Positions 20,168 to 30,046 of a DNA stretch of 64,000 bases are shown one piece after another (position 1 is the stretch's first letter; every line of letters begins with the position of its first letter). The translations under genes were made by a program, and so were the position numbers. The notes beneath the pieces are model-generated. The model was given only the letters and a program-made list of their open reading frames with translations, was not told where the DNA came from and did not search any database. The DNA is taken from positions 30,255-94,254 of the forward strand of contig DASZAB010000034.1 in NCBI GenBank assembly GCA_035945675.1, written 5' to 3'. This DNA comes from Verrucomicrobiia bacterium. Lineage in GTDB: Bacteria; Verrucomicrobiota; Verrucomicrobiia; Limisphaerales; UBA11358.

Positions 20168-21175
20168 ATGCGGCCAAATGACTTTTCCGACGCGCGGGTG
20201 CTGGTCACCGGCGGCGCCGGTTTCATCGGCAGCGCGCTGGTCTGGGCGCTGAACCGCTGTGGTTGCGAACACATCGTCGTTTGCGACCGCCTCGGGCTGG
20301 ATGAAAAATGGCGCAACCTCACGCCTCTGCGCTTTGCCAATTATGTGGAGGCGGACGAGTTGCTGCCACGGCTGCAAAATGGCGCGCTGGGGAAATTTGA
20401 GCTGGTTCTCCATCTGGGCGCGTGTTCATGCACCACTGAACGCGACGCCAGTTTTCTCATTCGCAACAATTTTGAATTTACCAAGGACCTTGCCGCGTGG
20501 GCCCTCGGCCAAAAGGCGCGCTTTGTGTATGCGTCTTCCGCCGCCACATACGGTGATGGTTCAGCGGGCATGGATGACGATGATGCCAAACTCGACACCT
20601 TGCGCCCCCTGAACATGTACGGCTACTCGAAGCAGTTGTTCGATCTGCACGCCAAACGCGCCGGGTTCTTGAAGAAAATTGTCGGGTTGAAATATTTCAA
20701 CGTCTTTGGCCCGAACGAAGATCACAAGGGCGACATGCGGTCGGTGGTTCACAAAAGTTTCGGACAGGTGCGCGAAACCGGTGTCATCCGTCTTTTCAAG
20801 AGTTACCGGAAAGATTATTGCGACGGCGAACAGAAGCGCGATTTCCTTTATGTCAAGGATGCGGTGGCCATGACGCTGCATCTGGCGGCCAATGAAAAGG
20901 CCGGCGGGTTGTTCAACATCGGCAGCGGCGCGGCGCGGACGTGGCTGGATTTGGCGCGCGCGGTCTTCGCCGCGCTCAGCCGCGAGCCCAAAATCGAATT
21001 CCTCGAGATGCCCGGAAGCCTCCGCGATAAATACCAGTATTTCACGGAGGCGAACTTGGGCCGGTTGCGCGCCGCCGGCTACAGCGCGCCGATCACGTCG
21101 TTGGAAGACGCCGTGAGTGATTATGTTCGCAATTATCTCGTGCCGGACAAGCGGCTGGATCCGGCCGTCACGTAA
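20168..21175 (+). CDS. hldD: ADP-L-glycero-D-manno-heptose 6-epimerase
   Basis: VLVTGGAGFIGS Rossmann motif, ASSAATYG, YGYSK, KYFNVFGP, KRDFLYVKD. Collinear with E. coli RfaD. Confidence 0.9.
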   Translation: MRPNDFSDARVLVTGGAGFIGSALVWALNRCGCEHIVVCDRLGLDEKWRNLTPLRFANYVEADELLPRLQNGALGKFELVLHLGACSCTTERDASFLIRNNFEFTKDLAAWALGQKARFVYASSAATYGDGSAGMDDDDAKLDTLRPLNMYGYSKQLFDLHAKRAGFLKKIVGLKYFNVFGPNEDHKGDMRSVVHKSFGQVRETGVIRLFKSYRKDYCDGEQKRDFLYVKDAVAMTLHLAANEKAGGLFNIGSGAARTWLDLARAVFAALSREPKIEFLEMPGSLRDKYQYFTEANLGRLRAAGYSAPITSLEDAVSDYVRNYLVPDKRLDPAVT

Positions 21176-21182
21176 TGGTGTT

Positions 21183-21247
21183 CAGGAGCCGAGGTGACGA
21201 GGCTCTGATCTTCATAATTATTAGAGCCTCCTCACGTCGGCTCCTAC
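21183..21247. repeat. Family B-like double-arm hairpin element (copy B4), 8 nt after the hldD stop
   Basis: AGGAGCCGAGGTGACGAGGCTC ... GAGCCTCCTCACGTCGGCTCCT. The arms are near-complementary. Confidence 0.7.
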
Positions 21248-21312
21248 CGGATCCGATGAACTTCACAATAACGTGACTTGCCTTGACAGCGATCCACGTC
21301 AATCCTTGTTGC

Positions 21313-24036
21313 GTGAAAGGCAAATCGTTCATCCACCTTGGAATTATTGTGCTGGCCGCGCTCGGCTTTCATTGTTTTGGCGGTGATTTCGACCAGACCA
21401 CCGAAATCGTCGGTCGTAACCCCAGCGGCTTTGAAACGCCGGTCAATCAACTCGTCACGCCCGCCGGAACGCCCGTCGAACTTCCCGGCCTGCGGCCGAA
21501 TGCACTCGCACTGAGTCCGGACGGCGAACGGCTCGTGACCGCCGGCCTGACGCAACGACTGATCGTCATCAATCCGGCAACCGGAACAATCCTGCAGCGC
21601 GTGCGGTTGCCCGCCGACGACAAAATTCCGCAGGCCGGATCCGTTTCCAGCGGCATTCTCCAACCGAACGAGAAGGCCAAGCTCAGTTTCACCGGCCTCG
21701 TCTTTTCGCCTGATGGCTCACGGATATACCTGGCCAACGTCAACGGCGACATCAAGGTTTTCAGCGTTGACGCGGACCATAAAGTCACGCCGTTGTTCTC
21801 CCTTCCGCTGCCGCCGGCCAACGCGCCGTTGCGCCAGGCCGAAATTCCGGCCGGGATCGCCGTTTCTTCAGACGGCAGGGAGCTTTACGTTGCCGGCAAC
21901 CTTTCTAATCACCTCCTTGAACTCGACGCCGTGACCGGGAAAGTTCTGCGGACTTGGGACACAGGTGTTGCGCCTTTCGATGTCGTCCTCTGCAAAAATA
22001 AAATTTATGTGAGCAACTGGGGTGGGCGGCGGCCGGGCCCGGACAGCCTGACCGGTCCGGCCGGCAACGGCATGAGGGTGCGTGTGGACGCGCGTTCCAT
22101 TGCCAGCGAAGGCTCGGTCTCGGTGATTGATTTGACAGAAGCTGGTGGGGCGAGCGTCCTCGCGAGCCATGGCAACGAGGGCTCGTCGGTAGCCTCGCCC
22201 CGCCCAATCCAGGAACTCCGGACCGGTTTGCATGCCTGCGCCCTGGCGTTAGCGCCCAATGGCCGTTGGCTGGTCGTCGCCAACGCGGGCAGCGACACGC
22301 TGAGCGTGATTGACACGCGGACGGACAAAATCTTCGAGACGATCTGTGCGCGGCAGAACCCGGCGGATTTATTTGGCGCGCAACCCAACGCGCTGGCCTT
22401 CGATAAAAAAGGCAAAACCCTGTTCGTTTGCAACGGCACCCAAAATGCCGTCGCCGTTTTCCGCTTCCAACCCGGCAAATCCAAATTGCTGGGCCTGATA
22501 CCCGTCGGCTGGTTCCCCGGTTCCATTGCGTATGATGCGAAGCGGAAGGAAATTTACGTGGCGAACATTAAAAACCTCAGTCCGGGGATTCGAAGTCACA
22601 CCGGCGAAACGGAGTTCAATTCCAAGGAATATTATGGTTCTCTGTCGCTCGTGCCAGTGCCGTCGAAAAGGGAATTGGCCAGGTTCACCCGGATTGCGCT
22701 GGCGGATTTGCGTTATCCGCTGCTCGCGCAGGCTGCGTTGCCGGCGCGACCCGATCAACCGTCGCGGCCGGTGCCGGAGCGGGCTGGCGAGCCGAGCGTT
22801 TTTCATCACGTCATCTACATCATCAAGGAAAACCGCACTTATGATCAGGTTCTGGGCGATGTCAAGGAAGGCAACGGCGACGCGAATTTGTGCACGTTCG
22901 GCGAGGCCGTCACTCCCAACCAACACAAGCTCGTACGCGATTTCGTGCTGCTGGACAACACGTACTGTTGCAGCATCCTCAGCGCGGACGGCCATCAATG
23001 GGCGGACACAGGCATCGCGATGGATTACGTGGAGCGCGGGTTTGCCGGCTGGCCGCGCAGCTATCCGGCGGGCGGTTTTGGCGAGGAAGGCCGGGACGCG
23101 CTGGCCTATTCACCGGCGGGTTTCATCTGGAACGACGCGCTCGCGCACGGCAAAACGGTTTGTGATTTCGGGGAATTCACCACCGCTCACAAACAATGGA
23201 AGGATTCCCGCCGCAAAGGTGAACCGGATTTTCTCGATTGTTACCACGATTTCCTGGCCGACTCGAATGCGATTGCCTATGCCTGCGAGCCGGACATCGA
23301 GGCGCTGCAACCTTATCTCATGACGAACACGATTGGCTGGGATTTGGACGTGCCGGACATCTGGCGCGCCGCGCAATTCGGCAAAGACCTGAAACAATTT
23401 GAAGCGGCAGACAATCTGCCAAATCTGGTCATCCTCTGGTTGCCGAACGACCACACCAGCGGCACCGCGTTCGGTTCGCCCACGCCCGCGGCGCAGGTGG
23501 CGGACAACGACCTGGCGGTCGGGCAGGTGGTCGAGGCTGTCAGCCACAGCAAGTATTGGAAGGACACGTGCATTTTTGCGGTGGAAGACGATCCGCAGAA
23601 CGGCTGGGACCACGTGAGCGGCTACCGCACCACCGCCTACGTCGCCAGCGCCTATACCCGTCGCGGCGCCGTGGTCAGCACCCAATACAATCAGACCAGT
23701 TTGCTGCGCACGATGGAACTCATGCTCGGGTTGCCGCCGATGAACCAGATGGATGCGACGGCCACGCCGATGTTCGATTGTTTCACCAACACGGCGGACT
23801 TCACACCGTTTACCGCCGTGGCCAACCAGACGCCGCTCGACCAAATGAATCCACCGCCGAAGAAAATTTCCGACGCGCGGCTGCGCAAGGACGCCTACGT
23901 ATCCGCGCGCTTGCCGCTCAAGAAGGAAGATCAATGCCCGGAAGACGTGTTCAATCGCATCTTATGGGATGCGACCAAAGGTCCGCAGACGCCGTATCCG
24001 GTCTGGGCGGTCAAAGCGCTGGATGACGATGATTGA
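21313..24036 (+). CDS. Secreted YncE-like beta-propeller fused to a phosphoesterase (phospholipase C / AcpA family) domain
   Basis: GTG 21313 gives the signal peptide KGKSFIHLGIIVLAALGF. Propeller repeats (LSPDG, FSPDGSRIYLAN, SSDGRELYVAG). Phosphoesterase motifs VIYIIKENRTYDQVLGD, LPNDHTSG, VEDDPQNGWDHV. Confidence 0.85.
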   Translation: MKGKSFIHLGIIVLAALGFHCFGGDFDQTTEIVGRNPSGFETPVNQLVTPAGTPVELPGLRPNALALSPDGERLVTAGLTQRLIVINPATGTILQRVRLPADDKIPQAGSVSSGILQPNEKAKLSFTGLVFSPDGSRIYLANVNGDIKVFSVDADHKVTPLFSLPLPPANAPLRQAEIPAGIAVSSDGRELYVAGNLSNHLLELDAVTGKVLRTWDTGVAPFDVVLCKNKIYVSNWGGRRPGPDSLTGPAGNGMRVRVDARSIASEGSVSVIDLTEAGGASVLASHGNEGSSVASPRPIQELRTGLHACALALAPNGRWLVVANAGSDTLSVIDTRTDKIFETICARQNPADLFGAQPNALAFDKKGKTLFVCNGTQNAVAVFRFQPGKSKLLGLIPVGWFPGSIAYDAKRKEIYVANIKNLSPGIRSHTGETEFNSKEYYGSLSLVPVPSKRELARFTRIALADLRYPLLAQAALPARPDQPSRPVPERAGEPSVFHHVIYIIKENRTYDQVLGDVKEGNGDANLCTFGEAVTPNQHKLVRDFVLLDNTYCCSILSADGHQWADTGIAMDYVERGFAGWPRSYPAGGFGEEGRDALAYSPAGFIWNDALAHGKTVCDFGEFTTAHKQWKDSRRKGEPDFLDCYHDFLADSNAIAYACEPDIEALQPYLMTNTIGWDLDVPDIWRAAQFGKDLKQFEAADNLPNLVILWLPNDHTSGTAFGSPTPAAQVADNDLAVGQVVEAVSHSKYWKDTCIFAVEDDPQNGWDHVSGYRTTAYVASAYTRRGAVVSTQYNQTSLLRTMELMLGLPPMNQMDATATPMFDCFTNTADFTPFTAVANQTPLDQMNPPPKKISDARLRKDAYVSARLPLKKEDQCPEDVFNRILWDATKGPQTPYPVWAVKALDDDD
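22144..22205 (+). repeat. Family A palindromic element, copy A2, in frame inside the phosphoesterase CDS
   Basis: GGTGGGGCGAGCGTCCTCGCGAGCC..GGCTCGTCGGTAGCCTCGCCCCGCCC, translated as GGASVLASHGNEGSSVASPRP. Confidence 0.85.
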
Positions 24037-24194
24037 AAGCAGATCTTTCGACACGGATTGCACGATTTAACCCAAAATGCCCAAGCCCGCCGGGCTGACA
24101 TCGTTGTAGCTCAATCAAAATCTCAACACGTCGGTTTTTCGTGCCGGCAGGAATTTCATTCCATCGGCCATAAAATTTTATTTTAACGCTCGCC

Positions 24195-24345
24195 CTCATC
24201 CTGACCTCCTCTCCCCGGGAGAAGGAACAGCCGGCGCACGCCTCTGATTTTGCGGATGTGCGTCCGGCAAATCCAGATGTGCGAATTTTCAAATCGGCGG
24301 CGGACGATTCTCCCCCGCTTGGAGGAGGGAGGTGCGGACGGTCGT
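24195..24345. repeat. Family D degenerate dispersed element
   Basis: CTCATCC..CCTCTCCCCGGGAGAAGGAAC..CCGGC shares a core with 54041-54085. Non-coding, with only repeat-type pseudo-ORFs. Confidence 0.45.
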
Positions 24346-24466
24346 TGAACCAGTTAGCAGGCGCGGGCGGGGGAGTTGGGCATCAAAAACCACGCCGAGC
24401 CGAGTGCCGGCTGGCGGGCCGTCGCCCTTCATCCTGGTGAAGGGCCGCCCGGTATTCGGGGGGCGA

Positions 24467-24937
24467 TCATCGCCAACCCGCCAGAATTGTCTCCAAATGC
24501 GTTTCCGCGGGCGTCCACTCCGAACGATTGCTGCGGTATTTGGAGCGGTACTGAATCAGGTCCGGCGCATACAAAAGGCTGACATTGGAATCACGATAGT
24601 TGGGGTTGCTATAAACCACGATCGCCGACGCAAAGCACAGGGACTCAATTTTCCGCATCCCATCGTTGGTATCTCCTGCTCGAAGTTTGTCGAGAGCACC
24701 CATCGTCATAACAAACGTGGCTTTCCATGCGGCTTTGGCATGGTCAGGACTCCCGGTGGGACGGTTGGTGATTGAGGCGTTTTGGACGTGCAGTTCTCCG
24801 TTGCCCATGGTCAGGTAAACATCTCCATCAGAACGCAGTAATTGCCCGGCGCGAGCAAAGCCCGTGCGATAAGCCACCAGCGAGCACAGGGAGCAGCAGG
24901 CGACCAGGACAATCATCGAAAGAACAGCGCGTTTCAT
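24467..24937 (-). CDS. Hypothetical exported/lipoprotein-like protein
   Basis: ATG 24937 gives MKRAVLSMIVLVACCSLCS (signal-like). No recognisable domain. Confidence 0.5.
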   Translation of the reverse strand: MKRAVLSMIVLVACCSLCSLVAYRTGFARAGQLLRSDGDVYLTMGNGELHVQNASITNRPTGSPDHAKAAWKATFVMTMGALDKLRAGDTNDGMRKIESLCFASAIVVYSNPNYRDSNVSLLYAPDLIQYRSKYRSNRSEWTPAETHLETILAGWR

Positions 24938-25112
24938 AAGAGTGTGTGCGAATTCCAGTGGACGATCCAAAGCTGCCTGCCCCGTCGCAGCTCGGCAAGC
25001 GCGAAGAGGGGAGCCATAGTACGAAGGGCGGCAAGCGCGAGACCGGGCTTGAGCCTCAACCGCCCGGGAGTTGTGGCAATCAACTTGCTGTCAACCAACC
25101 GATTGATTAGCT

Positions 25113-25946
25113 ATGATGAAGCAGTCCCACACGGTCGGAATTGAAATCAACCCGAAACTGCTGGGTGTTTTGCTCACCGAGCAGGTCGGGAACACGCTGC
25201 GGGTTTTTTGTTTCTACGTCAACGGCAGCGTCAGCCAGTTTAACGTGCCGGCCGACGAGAACCACGAGAGTCAACGCGAACTTTTCTCCGCATTGAACGT
25301 CGAGCCGACCTGCACCAGCGTCATCCAGGACGTGGCGGTTCAGGGCCGCATTTATGTTCAATCGGACAACCAGCGTCGGCTTTACACCCTGCTGAATACC
25401 CCCGGCAACCGGCTGCCGCTCAATGCCGACATCGGCAACCTTCCCTGGGAGCCGATTTGGCAATCCAAAGAGATGGAAGTGCTGCAATGCCGGCTGACGG
25501 ACGGCACCGAACCGGGCTTTGCTCTCCGTTACCGGATTAATGAAAGCGAAGACATTCGGCAGATGAAGAAAACCAACCTCTTCACCAACGCCATCTCCCC
25601 GCCCAAAAAAGTGCCGCATCGCTGGCTCCACTTGAACATCGGCATCATGCTGCTCGCGGTGGCCCTGTTGGTGGCCGGAACGTGCTATTACACTTTCAAG
25701 GGGAAACGCCTGGCCGCCCGATCGGTCCCAGCCATTCACACCAACGAGACGAAGCCCGCCGCACAAGCCTCCGACAGCTATTTCCTGCTCTACAACCATC
25801 AAATCAGCGGCCCCTTTCCGGCAAAAACCATCGCCGACATGGACGCCGCCGGGCTTTTCAGCCCTGATACGATGTGCCGCGCGTACCGGTCCACGGTTTG
25901 GGTCAAGCTCGCCACCGCCTTTCCGGCCCGGTCTCAAACGCATTAA
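25113..25946 (+). CDS. PilM/GspL-like N-terminal domain - TM - GYF_2 (DUF4339) domain protein
   Basis: N-terminus HTVGIEINPKLLGVLLTE resembles PilM/GspL starts. TM helix WLHLNIGIMLLAVALLVAG. C-terminus YFLLYNHQISGPFPAKTIADMDAAGLFSPDTMCRAYRSTVWVKL fits the GYF_2 pattern. Confidence 0.6.
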   Translation: MMKQSHTVGIEINPKLLGVLLTEQVGNTLRVFCFYVNGSVSQFNVPADENHESQRELFSALNVEPTCTSVIQDVAVQGRIYVQSDNQRRLYTLLNTPGNRLPLNADIGNLPWEPIWQSKEMEVLQCRLTDGTEPGFALRYRINESEDIRQMKKTNLFTNAISPPKKVPHRWLHLNIGIMLLAVALLVAGTCYYTFKGKRLAARSVPAIHTNETKPAAQASDSYFLLYNHQISGPFPAKTIADMDAAGLFSPDTMCRAYRSTVWVKLATAFPARSQTH

Positions 25947-25947
25947 A

Positions 25948-26754
25948 ATGAAATGGCTCCCCGTCAACCGGCTGATCGCCGCCGTCTTGCTGGTTTCGCT
26001 CGCGCCGGCTGTGGGCGGGCCGCCGGCCGAAAAAAACAAACCCGGGAACCATGCGGCAAGCGAACTGGCGCAGGAAGGCGATGCCTTTCGCAGCCGCGGC
26101 CAATTGTCGTCCGCGTTGTGGGCCTATCGCCAGGCTGCCCGGGCCGGCGACAGGAAAAGTGCCTTCATGGCTGGCGACATTTTGTTCAAGCAGGGCCAGG
26201 CCAGTTCCGGGCGCGAACGGATTTTGCAGCTCTCCGAGGGTCTTGGTGATTTGTACCTTGCCGCCACGCATGGGGACGCCCGGGCCTGCGCCGATTTGTC
26301 CAGCGCGCTGGAAAATGGAATCGGTGTCCAAACCAATCTGGTTTTTGCGTATGCCTGGCTGGAGCTGGCGGCCAAACGAGACCCATCCTTCAAGCCGGCT
26401 CTGGACCGGCTGGTGGTGCAACTGGCTCCTGGTGACGTCCGGCGAGCGCAGGTGTTGGCTCAGAAATACGCTGACGGTCAATGGCCGACCGACCTGGTGC
26501 AACCAGTGGATCAAGGGGATGCCCGCCTTAGAATTCAAGGCATTTCCGGTAATGGCCGCCAGGCGCTGGTCATTATTAACAACGTCTCCTTCGCACCAGG
26601 CGATTCGGCCATTGTCCAGATCGCCAGCCGTCCGCACTCGTCCGCCAATGACCAGTTGAGCATCACCTGCCTGCAGATCGGCGACGACTACGTGCTGGTC
26701 TCCATTGCCGGCGAATCCCGGTTGAAGCTCTTGTCCAATGCCCCCCTGCGCTAG
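25948..26754 (+). CDS. Sel1-repeat protein with C-terminal beta-rich domain
   Basis: Signal peptide. Sel1-like repeats (AYRQAARAGDRKSAFMAGDIL, AATHGDARACADLSSALENGIGV, AYAWLELAA). Starts 2 nt after the preceding stop. Confidence 0.7.
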   Translation: MKWLPVNRLIAAVLLVSLAPAVGGPPAEKNKPGNHAASELAQEGDAFRSRGQLSSALWAYRQAARAGDRKSAFMAGDILFKQGQASSGRERILQLSEGLGDLYLAATHGDARACADLSSALENGIGVQTNLVFAYAWLELAAKRDPSFKPALDRLVVQLAPGDVRRAQVLAQKYADGQWPTDLVQPVDQGDARLRIQGISGNGRQALVIINNVSFAPGDSAIVQIASRPHSSANDQLSITCLQIGDDYVLVSIAGESRLKLLSNAPLR

Positions 26755-27098
26755 GCAGCGGTTCCTGCTGAACGCGGCCTGGCGATCGGGACAGAATGGC
26801 AACTTTATTTCGTGACGGATTGCGGTCGTCAAACGGGGTGAAGCCTGCCGGCGGGGGATGCGTCCCGGAGCTACTCCAACGAGAACAGGCCCATCAGGAC
26901 AAATTGTCAAATTAGGGGACAGACGCCGCGGATCAAAGTCGAACCTCACTAAGCTGCACCGGGGAAAGACCATAAGATGCAGCGGCAAAGCCAACAAATA
27001 TTTAGCTGGCTTAAAACGGCACATAGCCTGCTTTAAAATGGAACTCGACGCGGTAGATACCAACGCGTCCCATCCAACAAGCGAAATGACGGATTTAG

Positions 27099-27632
27099 AT
27101 GAAACTTCGGTTTACAATTGAAGCAACGGCGGGCCCAAGCAACGGGCTTGGGGTTGCAAAACGCGCCTTCACGCTGGTGGAAGTTCTGTGTTCTGCCGCC
27201 ATTCTCGCGATTTTATGTTTGGCCCTGTTTTACGGGCTGTCGCAGGGATTTGGCATGACCCAGACGGCGCGGGAGGCTCTGCGTGCCACGCAGATTGCCC
27301 TGACCCGGATGGAAGGTCTGCGTTTGGAAGCATGGAGCACCAACCAGTTGTTCAACCCGGTATTTGTTCCGCCCAATTTCACAGAGTCATTTTACCCTCT
27401 CGGTCTCAATGGCTCCTCGTCCACCGGCACGGTTTATTCGGGCACCATGACCGTTAAGACCGGTCCCTTTACCGGTGACAGCCTGGTGCCGAGTTATAAC
27501 AGCAACATGGCCCTGGTCACCGTGGTGGTCAGTTGGCAGGACAATTTCTACGGTCGCACCAACACTTTCGCGCGAACCAATTACACCTTTGTGGCGAAGT
27601 ACGGCATTCAAAATTACGTTTACGCCCAATGA
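27099..27632 (+). CDS. Prepilin-type N-terminal cleavage/methylation domain protein (minor pseudopilin)
   Basis: KRAFTLVEVLCSAAILAILCLALFYG matches the prepilin cleavage motif with Glu at +5. Confidence 0.8.
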   Translation: MKLRFTIEATAGPSNGLGVAKRAFTLVEVLCSAAILAILCLALFYGLSQGFGMTQTAREALRATQIALTRMEGLRLEAWSTNQLFNPVFVPPNFTESFYPLGLNGSSSTGTVYSGTMTVKTGPFTGDSLVPSYNSNMALVTVVVSWQDNFYGRTNTFARTNYTFVAKYGIQNYVYAQ

Positions 27633-27641
27633 CCCGGAATT

Positions 27642-28193
27642 ATGCCCAAGCGATTTCAACTTTCCCGACGCCGCCAGCGGCTTCAATCCTGTTCCGGCTG
27701 GACCTTGATCGAAATGACCGTGGCCTTGTTCGCGGGCAGCATGATTCTGACGGCGATTGTTACGACCACGGTGTTTGTTTCGAAAAGCTTCATTGCCATC
27801 GGCAATTACACTGACTTGGGCAAGGCAAGCCGCCTCACCCTCGACACCATGAGCCGCGACATCCGGAACGCAACGGCATTGGTTTCCTATGCCACCAACG
27901 CTATTACGCTTTCCAATCAAGACGGCACGCAGGTCACCTATGACTGGTATCCCGCCACCTCCCACTTCGTGCGCTCGGACAGCAGCGGGAGCAGGATCAT
28001 GCTGGCCGGCTGCGATTTTCTCAACTTTCATGTTTACCAGCGCAACCCAACCAACAATTTCCAGTTTGCCCCGGCCACGACCCCGAGTCAGACCAAACTC
28101 GTTGATGTCAGTTGGCGGTGTTCCCGCAAGATCCTGGGCGCCAAAATCAACACCGAGAGTGTCCAGACGGCCGAAATCGTCATCCGAAATTAA
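27642..28193 (+). CDS. Prepilin-type N-terminal domain protein (GspJ/PulJ-like minor pseudopilin)
   Basis: SGWTLIEMTVALFAGSMILTAIV motif. Size and position are typical of GspJ-like proteins. Confidence 0.75.
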   Translation: MPKRFQLSRRRQRLQSCSGWTLIEMTVALFAGSMILTAIVTTTVFVSKSFIAIGNYTDLGKASRLTLDTMSRDIRNATALVSYATNAITLSNQDGTQVTYDWYPATSHFVRSDSSGSRIMLAGCDFLNFHVYQRNPTNNFQFAPATTPSQTKLVDVSWRCSRKILGAKINTESVQTAEIVIRN

Positions 28194-28214
28194 CCCCTGC
28201 CACTGAAGATCCTT

Positions 28215-29708
28215 ATGAAAATGAAAATCCGCTTCCCACAATTCAAGTCGGCCAAAGCCAGCACCCTGCTGGCCACCACCCTGCTGGCAGTTATCGTTGC
28301 CGGGACGCTGGCTTCCTATCTGGTGGTCGTGAAGAACGAATACACTCAGGTTGCCCGGTCTCAATCCTGGAACAAGACGCTGATGTTGTCGGATGCGGGG
28401 GTGGAGGAAGCACTGGCGTTCATCAACAAATATGAAGGAACGACCACTGAGTTGTACAATTGGACCAACAGCGCCTCCGCCGCCCAGGATGGCTGGGCTG
28501 TGCAAGGCAATGTTTATTTCAAAACGAATACCGTGGATGCCAGCCTCGGTTACTATGTTGTTTATATCACCAACCAGAATAATGCGCCGACCATCTCGAC
28601 CGTCAGCGCGGTTTACTGGAACTTGTACGCTTCAGCCGTGCAGCCGTTCGTGGCGGCGGCGGGTGTTTCCGCAACGCCAGCGCCAATCGTGCGCCAGCTT
28701 CTGGTGCAAACCAAGCTGGATTCACTCCTGCCCGGCTCGCTCGTCGCCCTTTCGACCATAAACTTGAAGGGCAACAACATCATGGTTGACAGTTTTAATT
28801 CCCGCGATCCGCTCCACAGTGACTGGCAGACCAATTTCACCTACCAAGGGTCCAACTATGGCTACTATCCCTACCTGGATCCCATCGGCAAGCGGGAAGC
28901 CAACGCGGTGGTGGCCACCGATACCAACATCATCAATGTGGGCAACGCGGAAGTTTATGGTTATGTGGATACGGCTCCGAATGGCTTGGCCTCCATAAAA
29001 TCCAATGGTTCGGTGGGGGACACCAATTGGATTGGACCTGCCCCGTCCTCCCCAAATAATTACGGCATCCAATCAGGGCATGCCCGGGATGACATGAATG
29101 TCATATTCCCGGACGTCACCCTGCCGTCAGTCAGTTGGACCACCCTGCTGCCATCGGCCAGCGTCAATATCGGGGGAATTGCTTATCAATACGTGATTAC
29201 GAACAGCGGAACCTATGAGGTTCTCAGCACGCTGACGGCCAGCCTCTACGTGGCCGCAACCAACGTGACGCTTTACCTGCCGGGCGGCATCGGGCTGAAC
29301 AGCGGCGACGCGTTAACCGTCGGCACCAACGCCAATTTGACCGTTTATACCGGTGACTCGATCAGCACTTCGGGCAGCGGTCAAATTAATAATGTGAACC
29401 AGATTTCACTGGCCCTGTCCATTTATGGATTGCCTCCCGGTGTTGACAGCGCCGGGGATACGGTTAATGGCTGCACCAGCATCAGCGTCAGTGGCAACGG
29501 TGTGGGCACCGGCTATGTTTATGCGCCGGAAGCCAGCCTCCAGTTTAACGGCAGCGGTAATGGTGTCTATGATGTGGTCGGCGCATTTATCGTCCATGAC
29601 ATCCAGCTCAACGGCCATTTCAATTTTCATTACGATGAAGCTCTCTTAAACCGGGGTCCCCACAGAGGGTTCATTCCGGTTTCCTGGAAGGAAATCGTGC
29701 ACCAATAA
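28215..29708 (+). CDS. Large pseudopilin-like protein (PilX/GspK-like N-terminus)
   Basis: Hydrophobic N-terminal helix STLLATTLLAVIVAGTLASYLVVV followed by QSWNKTLMLSDAGVEEAL. Third gene of the pseudopilin row. Confidence 0.6.
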   Translation: MKMKIRFPQFKSAKASTLLATTLLAVIVAGTLASYLVVVKNEYTQVARSQSWNKTLMLSDAGVEEALAFINKYEGTTTELYNWTNSASAAQDGWAVQGNVYFKTNTVDASLGYYVVYITNQNNAPTISTVSAVYWNLYASAVQPFVAAAGVSATPAPIVRQLLVQTKLDSLLPGSLVALSTINLKGNNIMVDSFNSRDPLHSDWQTNFTYQGSNYGYYPYLDPIGKREANAVVATDTNIINVGNAEVYGYVDTAPNGLASIKSNGSVGDTNWIGPAPSSPNNYGIQSGHARDDMNVIFPDVTLPSVSWTTLLPSASVNIGGIAYQYVITNSGTYEVLSTLTASLYVAATNVTLYLPGGIGLNSGDALTVGTNANLTVYTGDSISTSGSGQINNVNQISLALSIYGLPPGVDSAGDTVNGCTSISVSGNGVGTGYVYAPEASLQFNGSGNGVYDVVGAFIVHDIQLNGHFNFHYDEALLNRGPHRGFIPVSWKEIVHQ

Positions 29709-30046
29709 AAGGCCAGCTATCACGAAATGGGAATAACCCCTTTTCCACGGGCCTCAGACGTGGAACTGCCAAAGTATTCGTTCACCCTGCGTCTGCGAGC
29801 ATCCGTCAATCGCTTCGAGCGCGTTCCCTTCAAACCGATTGTCGACACAGTCGATCGACGCTAAACCGAAGGTGCTTTTGTCCGACCTCGTCCTCCGGGT
29901 CATGGCACCATTCCCGGACGGCCGGAGATTACACGGGTTGCAGGATGAAGGTAACTTTCCCCAGTGATGGGAGCGAAGGATTTTTCTACTTGTGGGAGTG
30001 AGACCTCGGCCCGGCATCCTCGAAAGGGGTCGCAAACCCGCAGCTT

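Noticed and set aside
25903-27063. 386-aa minus-strand ORF (and 25107..26039, 310 aa)
   Set aside because: Both are antisense to the GYF-domain and Sel1-repeat genes, which show real domain signatures. The translations are low-complexity and R/G/P-rich.
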